Source: Squalus acanthias (lineage: Eukaryota). From it: DNA of 64,000 nucleotides. The stretch spans positions 74,030,001-74,094,000 of the forward strand of contig CM059432.1 in the NCBI GenBank assembly GCA_030390025.1, given 5' to 3'. Numbering within the stretch: position 1 is the stretch's first letter; each line of letters opens with the position of its first letter. Below, one piece after another: positions 25,931 through 39,060 of the stretch. Position numbers and translations under genes: made by a program. The notes beneath the pieces are model-generated. The model was not told the origin of the DNA and did not search any database. It saw only the letters and a program-made list of their open reading frames with translations.

Positions 25931-26847
25931 GGGGAGAAAAGTGGCAGAATAGTAAGAAGGGATTTTTTAAGTGCATATTTAAAGGTTTGATCATTTAATC
26001 AGTTGCAACACCAATGATTCATCAGTTTGTGAAAATGTTTCATTTTGGCTAGCATAATTCATGTGTTATACTAAATTGCTACCTGATAGGATGGAAATTT
26101 ATAGAAATTACATCTCAAAGGAGGCCATTCAGCACCTCATGATGTGCTAGTTCTTTAACTGAAGCTATCTGCTGTAATCTCATTTCTATACATTTACCCA
26201 TATGTTCATATATATTTTAACTAATGCAGTTCCCTTTTAAATGTTAAGTCTCTGCCTTAATGGCTGCTTGTGGCAAAGCATTTGATTTTGTATCCATGAT
26301 TCTACACATGGCAAGTTATACTAGTTATGGTTGTCATCAGAGGCATATGTAAGCAATAGAGAACCTGGGCTGTTTTTTTAATGATTTTCAGTTTATTTGT
26401 AACTGGGTATAATGGCAGGCCTATGTTCTGATACCTGTTTAATGAAAATGCATAATAGCCAACTAACATCCTTCAATCTGTCAGCTTCCCATACCATAGT
26501 TAAAAATGATTTTGCAATGGTGTGATATGGTAGTTTTGAAATATTTTTGGACTGGACGCAACCAAAGGATTTCATGACCATTTGTACCTCGCAAGCTATT
26601 TATACTCGTACAGCACAGAAGGAGGCCATTCGGCCCATTATGTCTGTGCTGGCTCTTTGAAAGCACTATCCAATTAGTCCCACTCCCCTACTCATTCCCC
26701 ACAGCACTGCAATTTTTTCCTCCAAGTATTTATCCAGTTCCTTTTTGGAAGTTATTGAATCTGCTTCCATCAACCTGTCAGGCAGTGCATTCAAGATCGT
26801 AACAAGTTAGTGTTTTTTTTTTAGTCTCCTCTGGTTCTTCTGCCAAT

Positions 26848-29800
26848 TTTTTTTTATTCGTTCCTGGGATGTGGGTGTTGCTGGCAAGGCCAGCATTTAT
26901 TGCTCATCTCCAATTGCCCTTGAGAAGGTAGTGGTGAGCTGCCTTCTTGAACTGCTACAGTCTTTGTGCTGAAGGTACTCCCATAGTGCTGTTAGGGAGG
27001 GAGTTTCAGGATTTTGACCCAGCGACGACAAAGGAACGGCGATATATTTTCAAGTCAGGATGGTGTGTAACTTGGAAGGGAACTTGGAGGTGGTCGTGTT
27101 CCCATGCGCCTGTTGCCCTTGTCCTTTGAGGTGGTAGAGGTCGTGGGTTCGGAAGGTGCTGCCGAAGAAGCCTTGGCGAGTTGCTGCAGTGCATCTTGTA
27201 GATGGTGTACACTGCAGCCACGGTGTACTGGTGGTGGAGGGAGTGAATGCTTAAGATGGTGGGTGGGGTGCCAATCAAGCGGGCTGCTTTGTCCTGGATG
27301 GTGTCAAGCTTCAAGTGTCGTTGGAGCTGCACTCATCCAGACAAGTGGAGAGTATTCCATCACACTCCTGACTTGTGCCTTGTAGATGGTGGAAAGGCTT
27401 TGCGATGTCAGGAGGAGAGACACTCTCTGCAGAATTCCCAGCCTCTGACCTGCTCTTGTAGCCACAGTATTTGTGGCTGGTCCAGTTAAGTTTCTGGTCA
27501 ATGGTGACCCCCAGTATGTTGATGGTGGGGGATTCAGCGATGGTAATGCTGTTGAATGTCAAATGGTTAGACTCTCTTGTTGAAGATAGTCATTGCCTGG
27601 CACTTGTGTGGTGCGAATGTTACTTGCCACTTATCAGCCCAAGCCTGAATGTTGTCCTAATCTTGCTGCATGCAGGCATGGACTACTTCATTATCTGAGG
27701 AGTTGTGAATGGAACTGAAAGCTGTGCAATCATCAGCGACCTACCCACTTCTGACCTTTATGATGGAGGGAAGGTCATTGATGAAGCAGCTGAAGATGGT
27801 TGGGCCTAGGACACTGCCCTGAGGAGCTCCTGCAGTGATGTCCAGAGGCTGAGATAATTGGCCTCCAACAACCACCTTCCTTTGTGCCAGGTATGACTCC
27901 AGCTAGTGGAGAGTTTTCTCCCCTGATTTCCATTGACTTCAATTTTACTAGGGCTCCTTGATGCCACACTCGGTCAAATGCTGCCTCGATGTCAAGGGCA
28001 GTCACTCTCTCCTCCCCTCGAATTCAGCTCTATTGTACTTGTTTGGACCAAGGCTGTAATGAGGTATGGAGCCGAGTGATCTTGGCGGAACCCAAACTGG
28101 GCATCAGTGAACATAAGAATGCCATTTGAGCCTGCTCTGCCATTCAATGAGATCATGGCTGATCTTCTGCCTCAACTCCATTCACAGGCCCTATCGCCAT
28201 ATTCCTTGATGCCCTTACTAGTCAGAAATCTATCGACTTCTGTTTTGAATATACCCAATGAGTGAGCAGGTTGTTGGTAAGTGCCGCTTGGTAGCACTGT
28301 TGATGACACCTTCTATCACTTTGCTGATTGAGAGTAGACTGATTGGGTGGTAATTGGCTGGATTGGATTTATCCTGCTTTTTGTGGACAACACATACCTG
28401 GGCAGTTTTCCACATTGTCGGATAGTTGCCAGTGTTGTAGCTGTACTGGAACAGCTTGGCTTGAGGCGCAGCTAGTTCTGGAGCACAAGTTTTCGGCACT
28501 ACAGCCGGGATGTTGTCGGGGCCCATAGCCTTTGCTGTATCCAGAGCGCTCAGCTGTTTCTTTATCTAGTGGAGTGAATCGAATTGGCTGAAAACTGGCA
28601 TCTATGGAGGCAGAGATGGGTCATCCACTCGGCACTTCTGGCTGAAGATGGCTGCAAACGCTTCAGCCTCGTCTTTTGCACTTGTCTGCTAGGCTCCGGC
28701 ACCATTTGAGGATGGGGATGTTCATGGAGCTTCCTCCTCCTGTTAATTGTTTACTTGTCCACCACCATTCACGACTGGATGTGGCAGGACTGCAGAGCTT
28801 TGATCTGATCCATTGGTTGTGGGATTGCTTAGCTCTGTCTATAGCATGCTGCTCCTGCTGTTTATCATGCATGTTGTCCTGTGCTGCAGCTTCCCCAGTT
28901 TGGCACCTCACTTTTAGGTACATCTGGTGTTGCTCCTGGCATGCTCTTCTACATTCTCATTGAACCAGGGTTTGGCCCCTGGCTTGATGGTAACGGCTTG
29001 AGGGATATGCTGGACCAGGAGATTAGATTGTGGTGGAATACAATTCTGCTGCTGGTGGCCAATAGCGCCTCATGGATGCCCAGTTTTGAGCTGCTAGATC
29101 TGTTGTGTATCTATCCCATTTAGCACTGGTAGTGCTACACAACACGACGGAGGGTGTCCTCCGTGTGAAAGTGGGACTTCGTCTCCATATGGACTGTGCA
29201 GTGGTCACTGCTACCAATACTGTCATGGGCAGATACCTCTGTGACTGGTATATTGGTGAGGATGAGGTAAAATAGATTTTTTCCCTCGTGTTGGTTCTCT
29301 CGCCACCTGCCGCAGGCCCAGTCTGGCAGCTATGTCCTTCAGGGCTTGGTCAGTAGAAGTGCTACTGAGCCACTCTTGGTGATGGACATTCAAGACCCCA
29401 CCCAGAGTACATTCTGTGCCAGTGCTACTTCCAAGTGGTGTTCAACATCGAGTGCTGAGGGAGGGTGGTAATCAGCAGGAGGTTTCCTTGCCCATGCTTG
29501 ACCTGAAACCATGAGACTTCATGGAGTCTGAAGTCAATGTTGAGTACTCCCAGGGCCACACGCCCTAATATATACCACTGTGCCACCACCTCTGGTGGGT
29601 CTATCCTGCTGGAGGGACAGGACATACCCAGGGATGGTGATGGAGGAGTCTGGGACATTGGCTGAAAGGTTTGATTGAGAGTTTGCCTGTCAGGCTGTTG
29701 CTTGACTAGTCTGTGGGACAGCTCTCCCAATTTTGGCACAAGTCCCCAGATGTTGGTGAGGAGGACTTTGCAGGGTCGATTGGGCTTGGTGTGCCTTTGT

Positions 29801-29993
29801 CGCGTTTGAAGCCGGTGCTGATGTTGATGCCGGGTGATCTGTCCAGTTTTATTTTTTTGTAGAGGTTTGGTACAACTGACTGGCTTGCTGGGCCATTTCA
29901 GAGGGCAGTTAAGAGTCAACCACATTGCTGTGGGTCTGGAGTCACATAGGTCAGACCAGATAAGGATGGCAGATTTCCTTCCCTAAAGGGCAC
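26848..29993 (-). mobile_element. About 3.1-kb LINE of the second family (APE plus RT, no visible ORF1, SINE-like 5' segment)
   Basis: Poly-A end at 26848; same family as 5515-6564; VLLTNIWGLVPKL endonuclease start, GPDNIPAVV...APELAAP, LDIEAAFDRVWH, IYKAQVRSVMEY. Confidence 0.88.
28111..28260 (-). mobile_element. Short CR1 family B tail fragment nested in the second-family LINE
   Basis: Tail sequence flanked by a 5-bp duplication AGTGA (28106-28110 and 28261-28265). Confidence 0.8.
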
Positions 29994-30155
29994 TACCTTA
30001 AATCTGTCACCTCGTTACTGAACCTCCTGCCAGTGGAAACAGTTTCTCTCTTTACTCTATCAAAACTTCTCATAATTTTGAGCACTTCTATTACATCTCC
30101 CCTTAACCTTCTCTGCTCTAAGGAGAACAATCTTAGCTTCTCTTGTCTCTCCACA

Positions 30156-33100
30156 GAACATAACATAAGAAATAGGAGCAGACCATTCAGCCCCTTGAGC
30201 CTGCTCCACCATTCAATATGATCATGGCTGAACTTTTACATTAACTCCACTTTCCCGCCCTATCCTCATATCCCTTGATTCCCTTCGTACCCATAAATCT
30301 GTTCATCTCCTTGAATATACTCAACAATTCAGCATCCACAGCCCTTTTGGGTAGAGAATTCCAAAGATTCACAACCGTGAGTGAAGAAGTTTCTCCTCAT
30401 CTCTGTCCTAAATGGCCGACCTTTTATCCTGAGATTATGACCCCTATTTCTAGACACTCCAGCCAGGGAAACAGCCTCTCGGCAACTACCCTGTCAAACC
30501 CTCTAATTTTATACGTTTCAATGAGAGCACCTCATTTTTCTAAACTCCAGAGAATATAGGTCTATTCTCCTTAATTTCTCCTCGTAGGGCAGCCCTCTCA
30601 TCCCAGGATCAATCCAGTGAACCTTCTGAGGCAAGTATATCCTTTCTTAGGCCAGAAGACCAAAACTGCACTCCAGGTGTGGTCTCACCAAAGCCCTCTA
30701 ATTTCAGCAAGACTTCCTTACTCTTGTACTCCAACCCACTTGCAATAAAGGCTATCGTACCAATTGCTTGCTGTACTTGCATATAACTTTTTTGTGATTC
30801 GTATACAAGGAGTCCCCAATTGCTCTGAATACTAACATTTCCCAGTCTCTTGCCATTTAAAAAAATATTCTGCTTTTCCATTCTTCCTACCAAAGTGGAT
30901 AATTTCACACTTCCCTGCGTTAGACATCATCTGCCACCTTCTTGCCCAGTCACTTAACTGGTCTATATCCCTTTGCAGCCTCTTTACATAGGAACCGGAG
31001 TAGGCCATTCAGCCCCTCTAGCTTGTTCTGCCGTTCAATGATCATGGCTGATCTGCGAGCTAACTCCGTATACCTGCCTTTGGAATACCTTTGGTTAACA
31101 AAAGCTCCGATATTAAATTAACAATTGATCTAGCGACGTGTGCGTGTGTCTAGGGAGTACAACCCTAATGTGTGTAATCTGTCCTTGTAACGTAACCCTG
31201 CACGTCTGGTTATCATTCTGGTAAGCCTATGCTGCACTCCCTCCAAGGCCAATATATCTTTCCTAAGGTGTGGTGCCCAGAACTGCTCACAGTATTCCAG
31301 ATGTGGGCTAACCAGGGTTTTGTTCAGCTGCAGCATATTTTCTACCCCCTTATACTCTAGTCCTCTAGATGTAAAGCCAGCATTCCATTAGCCTTTTTGA
31401 TTATTTTCTGTACCTGTGTCCTCCTCACAGCTTACTTTCCTACCTAGCTTTGTATCGTCAGCAAACTTGGATACATTAGTCAGCCCCTTCATCTATGTCA
31501 TTGATATAAATTGTAAATAGCTGAGGCCCAAGCGCTGATCCTTGTGGCACTCCACTAGTTACACCCTCCCATCCTGAAAATTACCTGTTTATTCTTACTG
31601 TTTTCTGTCCACTAACCAATCCCCAATCCATGCTAATATATTACCCCCCAATCCCATGAGGTCTAATCTTGTTTAATAACCTGTGTGGCACCTTCTGAAA
31701 ATCCAAATATACCACATCCACTGGCTCCCCCTTATCTACTGTGCTGGTTGCACCTACAAAAATCTCTTAAAGCATAATCTTTTTTGACAAATCTATTAAC
31801 ACAACCATGTTGACTCTGCCTAATCATATTGTGATTTTTCTAAGTTACCATGTCCTTACTAGATTCTTGCATTTTCCCTATTACTGATGTCAGGCTAACT
31901 GGCCTGTAGTTCCCTGTTTTCTGTCTTCCTCCTTTCTTGAATAGCGGGGTTACATTTGTTACCTTCCAATCCATGGGGACTATTCTAGAATCTAGGGAAT
32001 TCTGGAAGATAAAAACCAATGTATCCACTATCTCTGCAGCCACCTCTTTTAGGACCCTAGGATGTAGGCCATCAGACCCAGGGGATTTGTCAGTTTTAGT
32101 CCTATTAATTTTTCCAGTACTTTTTCTTTACTAATAATTACTTTAAGTTCCTCATTCTCATAGACCCTTGGTTCCCCACAATTTCCAATATGTTCTTTCC
32201 GTCCTCTACTGTGAAGACGGACGCAAAATATTTGTTTAACATCTCTGCCATTTCCTTGTACCCCATTATAATTTCTCCTGTCTCTGCCTCTAAGGGACCC
32301 ATGTTTACTTTCACTAATCTCTTCCTTTTTACATACTTGTAAAAACTCTTACAATTTGTTTTTATATTTCTTGCTAGTTTACTCTCATTCTATTTTCTCC
32401 CTCTATCACATTCTTGGTCATCCTTTGCTTATTTTTAAAACTCTCCCTCAGGCTTACTACTCTTAGCAACATTGTAAGCTTCTACATTTAATCTAATACT
32501 GTCAACTTCTCGTTAACCATTCCTGTACCACTTTTCCAGTGGAGTTTTTATTCCTCAAGGAATGTAAATTCATTGAGAATTATGAATTAATTATTTAAAT
32601 GTTTGCCATTGCTTATCTACCATCATTTAATCTAATTTCCCAATCTACCTCCGCCAACTCACCCCTCATATCTCTGTAATTGGCTTTGTTTAAATTTGAG
32701 ACTCTAGTTTTGGACTTAACCACATCACTCTCAAACGTAATATGAAATTCTATATTATGATCACTCTTCCCCAGAGGCTCCTTTACTACAAGGTTAAGTA
32801 ACCCTTTCTCATTGCACAATACTAGATCTAAAATAGCCTGTTCCTTGGTTGGTTCCTCAAAGTATTGTTCTAGAAAACTGTCTCAAATGCATTCTACAAA
32901 TTTGTCCTCCAAGATACTCCCAACGGAACAGCTCCCTCTTTTCCCCAGTATCGGTGCCAGTGCCCCGTGAATTGAAACCCCTGCCTCCCACACCACTCTT
33001 TCAGCCACGCATTTAAACCTCTAGTTTGTCTCTGCCAATTTGTGCATGGCTCGGGTAGTAACCAAAGATTTATTACCTTTTGAGGTTCTGCTTTTTAACT

Positions 33101-33930
33101 TGTACCCTAGCTCCTCAAACTCTCATGGCAACTTCCTAGTTCTACCTATGATGTTGATTCCTATGTGGACCACAACAACTAGATCCTCCCCATCCTTCTC
33201 CAGCCGCGAGGAGATGTCCTTAACCCTGGCACCGGGCAGGCAACACAACCTGTGGGGCTCCCAATTGCGGCTGCAAAGAGGTGTCTATCCCCCTGACTCT
33301 CTTGTCCCCTACCACTGCAACATTCCTTTTCACTCCCCCCACTTGAACGGCCTCCTGTACCATGGTGCTGTGGTCAATTTGCCCATGCTCCCTGCAGTCT
33401 TTGTGCTTATCCACACTGATACCAAGTACCTCATACCAGTTGGACAATGACAATGGCAAAGGCTGAGGCTCCTCCACCACTGCTGTCCCCTTGCTTGCTT
33501 GAGTCGCGGTCACACCCTCCTGTCGCTAACCACTAACCAAATCTAAACTGCTACCTAACCTAAGGGGTGTGACTACCTCCTGGGTCAAAATGTCCAGGTA
33601 ACACTCCCCCCTTCATGATGCATTGCAATGTCTGCACCTCGGATTCCAGCTCAACAACGCTGAGCCGAAGTTCCTCGAGTTGCATACACTGCAGATGTGG
33701 TTGCCTGGGATCATGCTGCTTTCCACAAACTCCCACATGCTGTACTGCCATCTCTATCTAACCTTGTTTTATATATTTAAAGCTTGATGTAATTAATTCA
33801 CTTGGTTTATTTTAAACTAAATAGTTTAACTAAAAGGAGCACCTCCTTCCCCCCCTCTGCACCGAATTCTCTGACCAAATTCTCAACTTCCCACTCTGTT
33901 TATTGATGCATTCTGTTTACGTTACATTCT
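30156..33930 (-). mobile_element. CR1 family B with ORF1 and partly deleted ORF2, nested
   Basis: Tail at 30156; NVTPLFKKGGRQKTGNYRPVSLTS; deletion junction near 32918; ORF1 fragments at 32920-33751. Confidence 0.85.
30986..31415 (-). mobile_element. CR1 3' fragment nested inside the 30156-33930 CR1
   Basis: A new tail (acataggaaccggagtaggcc) interrupts cctcttt|gtgtcctcctcacag; LVSPHLEYCEQFWAP motif. Confidence 0.78.
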
Positions 33931-34252
33931 GTGCCTTAACTGAAGTCCCTTATCCCTGGTGCCATTCTAGTAAATCTCCTCTGCACCCTTTTCAAGGCCT
34001 TGACATCCATCCTAAAGTGTGATGCCCAGAATTGGACACCATATGCTAGCTGAGGCCTAGCCAGTGATTTATAAAGGTTTAGCATTACTTGCTTTTGTAC
34101 TCTGCTTCTGTTTATAAAGCCAAAGATCCCAGTGCTTTTTTAATAGCCTTCAAAACTTGTCCTGCCACCATCAAAGATTTCTGTGTTAGCCCCCAGGCCC
34201 CTCTGTTCCTGCACCCCCTTTAAAATTGTACCCTTTATTTTATAATTCCTCT

Positions 34253-34763
34253 TACTATAAAAATAATAGAGGCACTGGATCGGGTGCAAAAAAGATTCAC
34301 AAAGATGATACAAGAACAGAGGGGATATCCTCAGGAAAGGCTGAACAGGCTGGGGCTCTTTTCTTTAGGAAAGAGAGCGCTAAGGGATGACCTAATAGAG
34401 ATATGAAGGGGTTTGATAAAGTAGACAGAGAAATGTTTCCACTTGTGGTGGAGACCAAAACTAGGGGCCAGCAATATAAGAGTCACCAATAAATCTGATA
34501 GGGAATTCAGGAGTAATTTTTTTAAATCCAAAAAGTGGTAAGAATGTGGAAGTTGCTTCCACGATGAGTAGTTGAGGTGAATATCATGGATGCATTTAAG
34601 AGGAAACTAGATAAACATGAGAGAAAGGAATAAAAGGTAATGCTGATGGGGTTAGATGAAGAGGATGGGGGGCGGGGGGTGGGGGGGGGGAGCTCAAGTG
34701 GAGCTTAAACACCGGCACAGACCAGTTGGGCTGAGGGCCTGTTTCTGTGCTGTTCATTCTGTC
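34253..34763 (+). mobile_element. CR1 3' fragment of another subfamily, nested
   Basis: RVQKRFTKMI...RLNRLGLFSL; tail gcctgtttctgtgctgt. Confidence 0.75.
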
Positions 34764-35080
34764 ATTCCTTCCAAAATATATCACTTCACTACTCTGCATT
34801 AAATTTCATCTGCCTATGTCTTCCTGATGTCTGCTACTATTCTTCTCCCTGTTTACTACATTTGAGTTTCGTGTCATCTGCAAACTTTGAATTTATACCC
34901 AAGTCATTAACATATATCAAAAAGAGCAGTGGTCCTAATACTGATCCCTGGGGGACACCACTGTATACTTCCAGTTTGGAAAAACAACCGGTATGGATAA
35001 GTTTTTAAAAAGCACTAGCCCTCCACATTTATTCAGTTATTTTATTCTTGCACACCTCTCATTTGACTCTTGTGCTCTTT

Positions 35081-35083
<3 letters not shown>

Positions 35084-35131
<48 letters not shown>
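35084..35131. repeat. (TC)24 microsatellite
   Basis: Read directly from the sequence. Confidence 0.97.
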
Positions 35132-35134
<3 letters not shown>

Positions 35135-35592
35135 TATCTATGCAATCCCCTATTTCCTGTTGTGTTTGTGCTGCTGGTGGGGAGGGATTAGGCCACTGGG
35201 CTGAAACAGCACAGGTAGTGGGAGAAAATGTGACTGACATGGAGTGCAGCCACTGCTGCAGTACCAGCCTCACTCAGGTAGGTTAAAAATAAGAGCATGG
35301 GTTTTAGGTTTAAAGAATTCTTAGTGTTCTCTGGAAGGTTGAAACTTAAGGCGCACAGTGTTTAGGATTCAAGTGAACTTTTATAGCAAATGTTACGTAC
35401 GTACTTTTAATACTTCTGTATAAAGGGAGCCGATTTTTATTAAAGTTATAACCTCACCATTTTTTTTAATTTTCTCTGAGCTAGATATTGAGTTTCAGTG
35501 GAATGCAGAGCTTGATTTTTGTATCTTGCCAGCAGAGGTCAGTATTTTGCACTAAAACAAAGTTTGTTCAGATTATGGCACCACAACATAAT

Positions 35593-36282
35593 GGGCCAGA
35601 ATTTGCTGGCAAAATAACGGTGAGTTAAAGGTGCACGCCATTTGCAATTTGTGGCGAGGAAGAGATACGGCATGAGTTATGAATCGCCACAAATTGCTGG
35701 GTGATTTACCGTTAGCCTCGTTAAAATGAGAACTCTCCATCAATTGCCCCATCTGTTTCAAAAAATTGCTGGATTTGCGGCGTAAATACAAATTAAACTC
35801 GCCACAAAGTTAGGACTGGTATTTCACAATGCAAGGACCCTTTTAATGACTAGATTTGTTTCTGCAATGCCACTCAGCCTCCGAGGCCCAGAAAGGGAAC
35901 AGTTCAAACTATGAAGTCTCACTCCTGCAGGTAGTAAATTGTTGCTAGAGGTATTTTAAATTTGTAAAAAAATTTTTGCTTTTCCTTTCTTTCTCTCAAT
36001 CCAATCCTTTTTTTCTCTATCTAATTTGACTCATTCACCCTATCTCCCTCTCTGTTGTTTGCTCTGTTTCTTTCTCTATCCTTAAATTTCGTTGGTTAAG
36101 GAGATAAACTATTGGTCCTGTCATTCACCAAGGTCCCAGATGCCCTGTTGACCTTGTAGCTCTGTTATCAACTCTCACTTCCAGCAATTTGCGGTGCAGA
36201 ATTAATTGGAGACGAAGGATGTGAGAAAATATCCAACTTGCGCCATTTCACTGAGATGACCCACTCCAGCAAATTCTGGGCC
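35593..36282. mobile_element. Harbinger/PIF-like MITE, 690 bp
   Basis: TIRs gggccagaatttgctgg / ccagcaaattctgggcc (1 mismatch in 17); 3-bp duplication AAT on both sides; non-coding. Confidence 0.8.
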
Positions 36283-37879
36283 AATGCAGCTTTCTCTATC
36301 GAATGTGAATGACTGTTTTTCTTTACTGATATCTGTATTATCTTCTCCAGAATCTAGAATAGATATCCTCTCAATTACCTTTTCTTGTGGAGAAACTCTC
36401 TTTTATAGTGAGAAATATTCGATGCACTTGTTGTGCGGTGCTTTACAAGTTCATTATTTTTGGCTGTTTAACTCAATGTTTTCAAAATTCAGCCCTACAT
36501 GAACTGTTTAACAATCATGGAAGTGCCTGGAACATTCAAGTGTCTTGTAATTAAGCCTCACACTACTGGTGACCAGCGATTCCTGTCTGCCTGGGCCAGC
36601 CAGTTGTTTTTGCTTGTGCATCCTGAAACAAACCATGCTAGAGTAATGTCCATTAGATCTTTGACTTCATTACTATAATTTTTCTTTCCCCCATTCTCTT
36701 GCTCTGCTTTTACAATTTTAATTTTTAATATAGCACATTATTTAGAAAGTTTTTTTCTCTGAACATGAGAAAAGGTACAATGTTCGGACTTTATGGGCTT
36801 TGTCACTAATTCTCAACCATATTCTCAGTTTGCCCTCTGGTTCCAAAGGCTTTTCTTTTAGCCTATTGAGGCTCATAGCATTAAAATTTCAGTGATAAAG
36901 GTGCTGAAGTGACCATGTCAATCTTGAACAATTTCCAGCTCCGTGCTCTACTTGCTTGATGAGAACTTGTAGAGTCATTGTAGCTAATGCACGCTGATGG
37001 CCTGTGGGTTAAACCGAACTTGCTGAATGTTGCATCAGTTCCTAGATTATCTATCTGTTCCTGGGCTACATGAGCAAGTCTACAAGGGCACCAAAATTTA
37101 CATTCCCAGATTTTTTTCTAAAGGAACAGAAATGGGTATATTTCTTGAAATGAGTGTACTTTTAGGATATTTGATCCCTCCTACATTCTTGGACTCTGGA
37201 TGCCTTAAGTTGTAGTTAACTAGGTGTGTTGTGTCTCTGGGTGGCATTAGTTGATTAGAATGAGAAAAGACTTGAGATACTGCAACTATTTCTACAAAAC
37301 TGAAAGACCACGAAGATTTCAGAGGCTTTTAAAATTATGAAGCAATTTGGTAGGATAATTATGGAAAGACTATTTCCTTTGGTTGGGGTGTCTGTGATGA
37401 CTCATCAATTTATAAATTGTCACTGAGTGAGGAGAGAAATTAGGAGAATTGTTAGAGCATGGCATCCTTTGTCAGAGTAGTTGATGTAGAAAATATTACA
37501 TCTTTAAGGAAGAAGTTCCACAAATATTTGAAAGTGACGTACAAGATAAATACCATCTGCCATGCTGACACTGCCAGATTTTAAACCCAAGCTTTTAAAC
37601 AGCTGCTGAAATTGAAAACTCTTGTGGGCACCAATAGAAAACAAATATCAGTCTTTTTGTGCTGTAGGGTTTCAAATTTAATTTCAGCACCTGCTGAGAT
37701 GCTGGTCATGCTGCTCAGATGAAATATTGAAAAGTGCCCAAACTGTTGTCTTCAAATATTTAATTGGCTGTCCAAATTTACTCAGTGACTAGCTTAGTGT
37801 CAGTACTTGGTCTCCTACCCCTGACTGCAAGACAGTGTCTTCAGATGGGGTGTTTTTTTAAAGTCAGGACATTAATGTT

Positions 37880-38219
37880 TCACAGCTAATGAAGTAGTTT
37901 TGAAGTGTAGTCAACTGTTGTAACGTAAGGATACACAGCAAGGTCCCATAAACAATAATTAGATAAACGACCAGATAATCTGTTTGTGATAGTTAAGGGA
38001 TAAATATTGGTCAGGGCATTGGGAGAACTCCTCTGCTCTTTGCTCTTTACATGGCTCTTCAAACTTTTGCATCCACCTGAGGGTTTAACTTTGGATCCGA
38101 AAGATTGCCCCTCTGACAGTGTCAGCCTAGATTATGTTCTCAAGTCACTGGAGTGGGGCTTGAACCATCTTCCTTCTGCTTTAAAGGTGAGTGTTACCAC
38201 TGGGCCAAGGCTGACACCT
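37880..38219 (-). mobile_element. DeuSINE-like SINE, second decayed copy with tRNA-like head
   Basis: Colinear with 3950-4265 (gaagtgtagtca, gggataaatattg, catccacctgag, agcctagatt); head gccttggcccagtggtaacac...ggttcaagcccc on the minus strand. Confidence 0.7.
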
Positions 38220-38499
38220 TGGTAGAAGTAGCTATGCTGTTGTAAAATACTGAAAATGATTGTTTTCTTGGGGGTGGGGAGAAGGGAAAGGAGGAGTTGG
38301 GGAGAAGAGAGAAAATTGGGAGTTCTTCATAGTTTTGCATTTTTTCTGCTAGCCAGCATGAGGAGCATTGGCCTCTCCACTGCAGAAATTGGCTGCCTAG
38401 GAGATACTGGACTATATTTGAAAATGTTGGCAAGTTCCTTCACAAAATTGGGAGGGGGAAAAAGTCCAGACACACAGCAGGAGTTGGGGGTGGTGGAGG

Positions 38500-39060
38500 G
38501 GAAAAGTTTGGGGAATTAATCATAGGCGTGGTAGAAGTAGAGTTGAGGGGATTCTTGAAGATGGGAAGAGAAGTAGCAAGATAAATGGGTTTTGGAGGAG
38601 AATTAGAGTGCAGGAACATGATGACCAAGTTCCCACCTCCATTAAAGGCAGAGAGAGACACAGTAGATTTGAAATGGAAGCAGCAAGCTGACATGGAAGA
38701 GTGGAGTAGGTGAGAGAAGTAAGGTGGCACAAGCCCATGTAGGGATTTGCTGAGGATGGGTGTGATGGGTAAGTGGGACTTGCAGTGGGATTGGATATGG
38801 GCACATTTTTGGATGGAGCTGGGGAGGGCATTGGAAAAATTGAGCAGTGATGGGATTGAAGTAGGGAGAGAGTCAGGCAATGTTAAAGGTGGAATTGGCT
38901 CGGCTTAGGGTGGCTTTTGAAGCTGAACTCAATCAGATTGGACATCGGTTCTGTGCAGTTGGTTTCAGCTTGAGTAAGCAGATGGGATAGTGGATGTAAT
39001 AGAAGTAAGGTCCAGAGTTACAGGCTAGCTTTGGCCATGCCAGTGCTGAGCTGGGAAAGT
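38500..39060 (-). mobile_element. Decayed L2 LINE 3' region
   Basis: HLPITPIL...KSLHGLVPPYFS motif typical of the L2 ORF2 C-terminus. Confidence 0.6.

Larger units (their letters stand above)
26605..34991 (-). mobile_element. CR1 (family A-like) host broken into four pieces: about 26605-26847, 29994-30155, 33937-34252 and 34764-34991
   Basis: The pieces join into a sequence colinear with 13344-14300 and 57595-58130 (for example tgccaat|taccttaaatc and ctctccac|taactgaagtccc). Confidence 0.82.
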
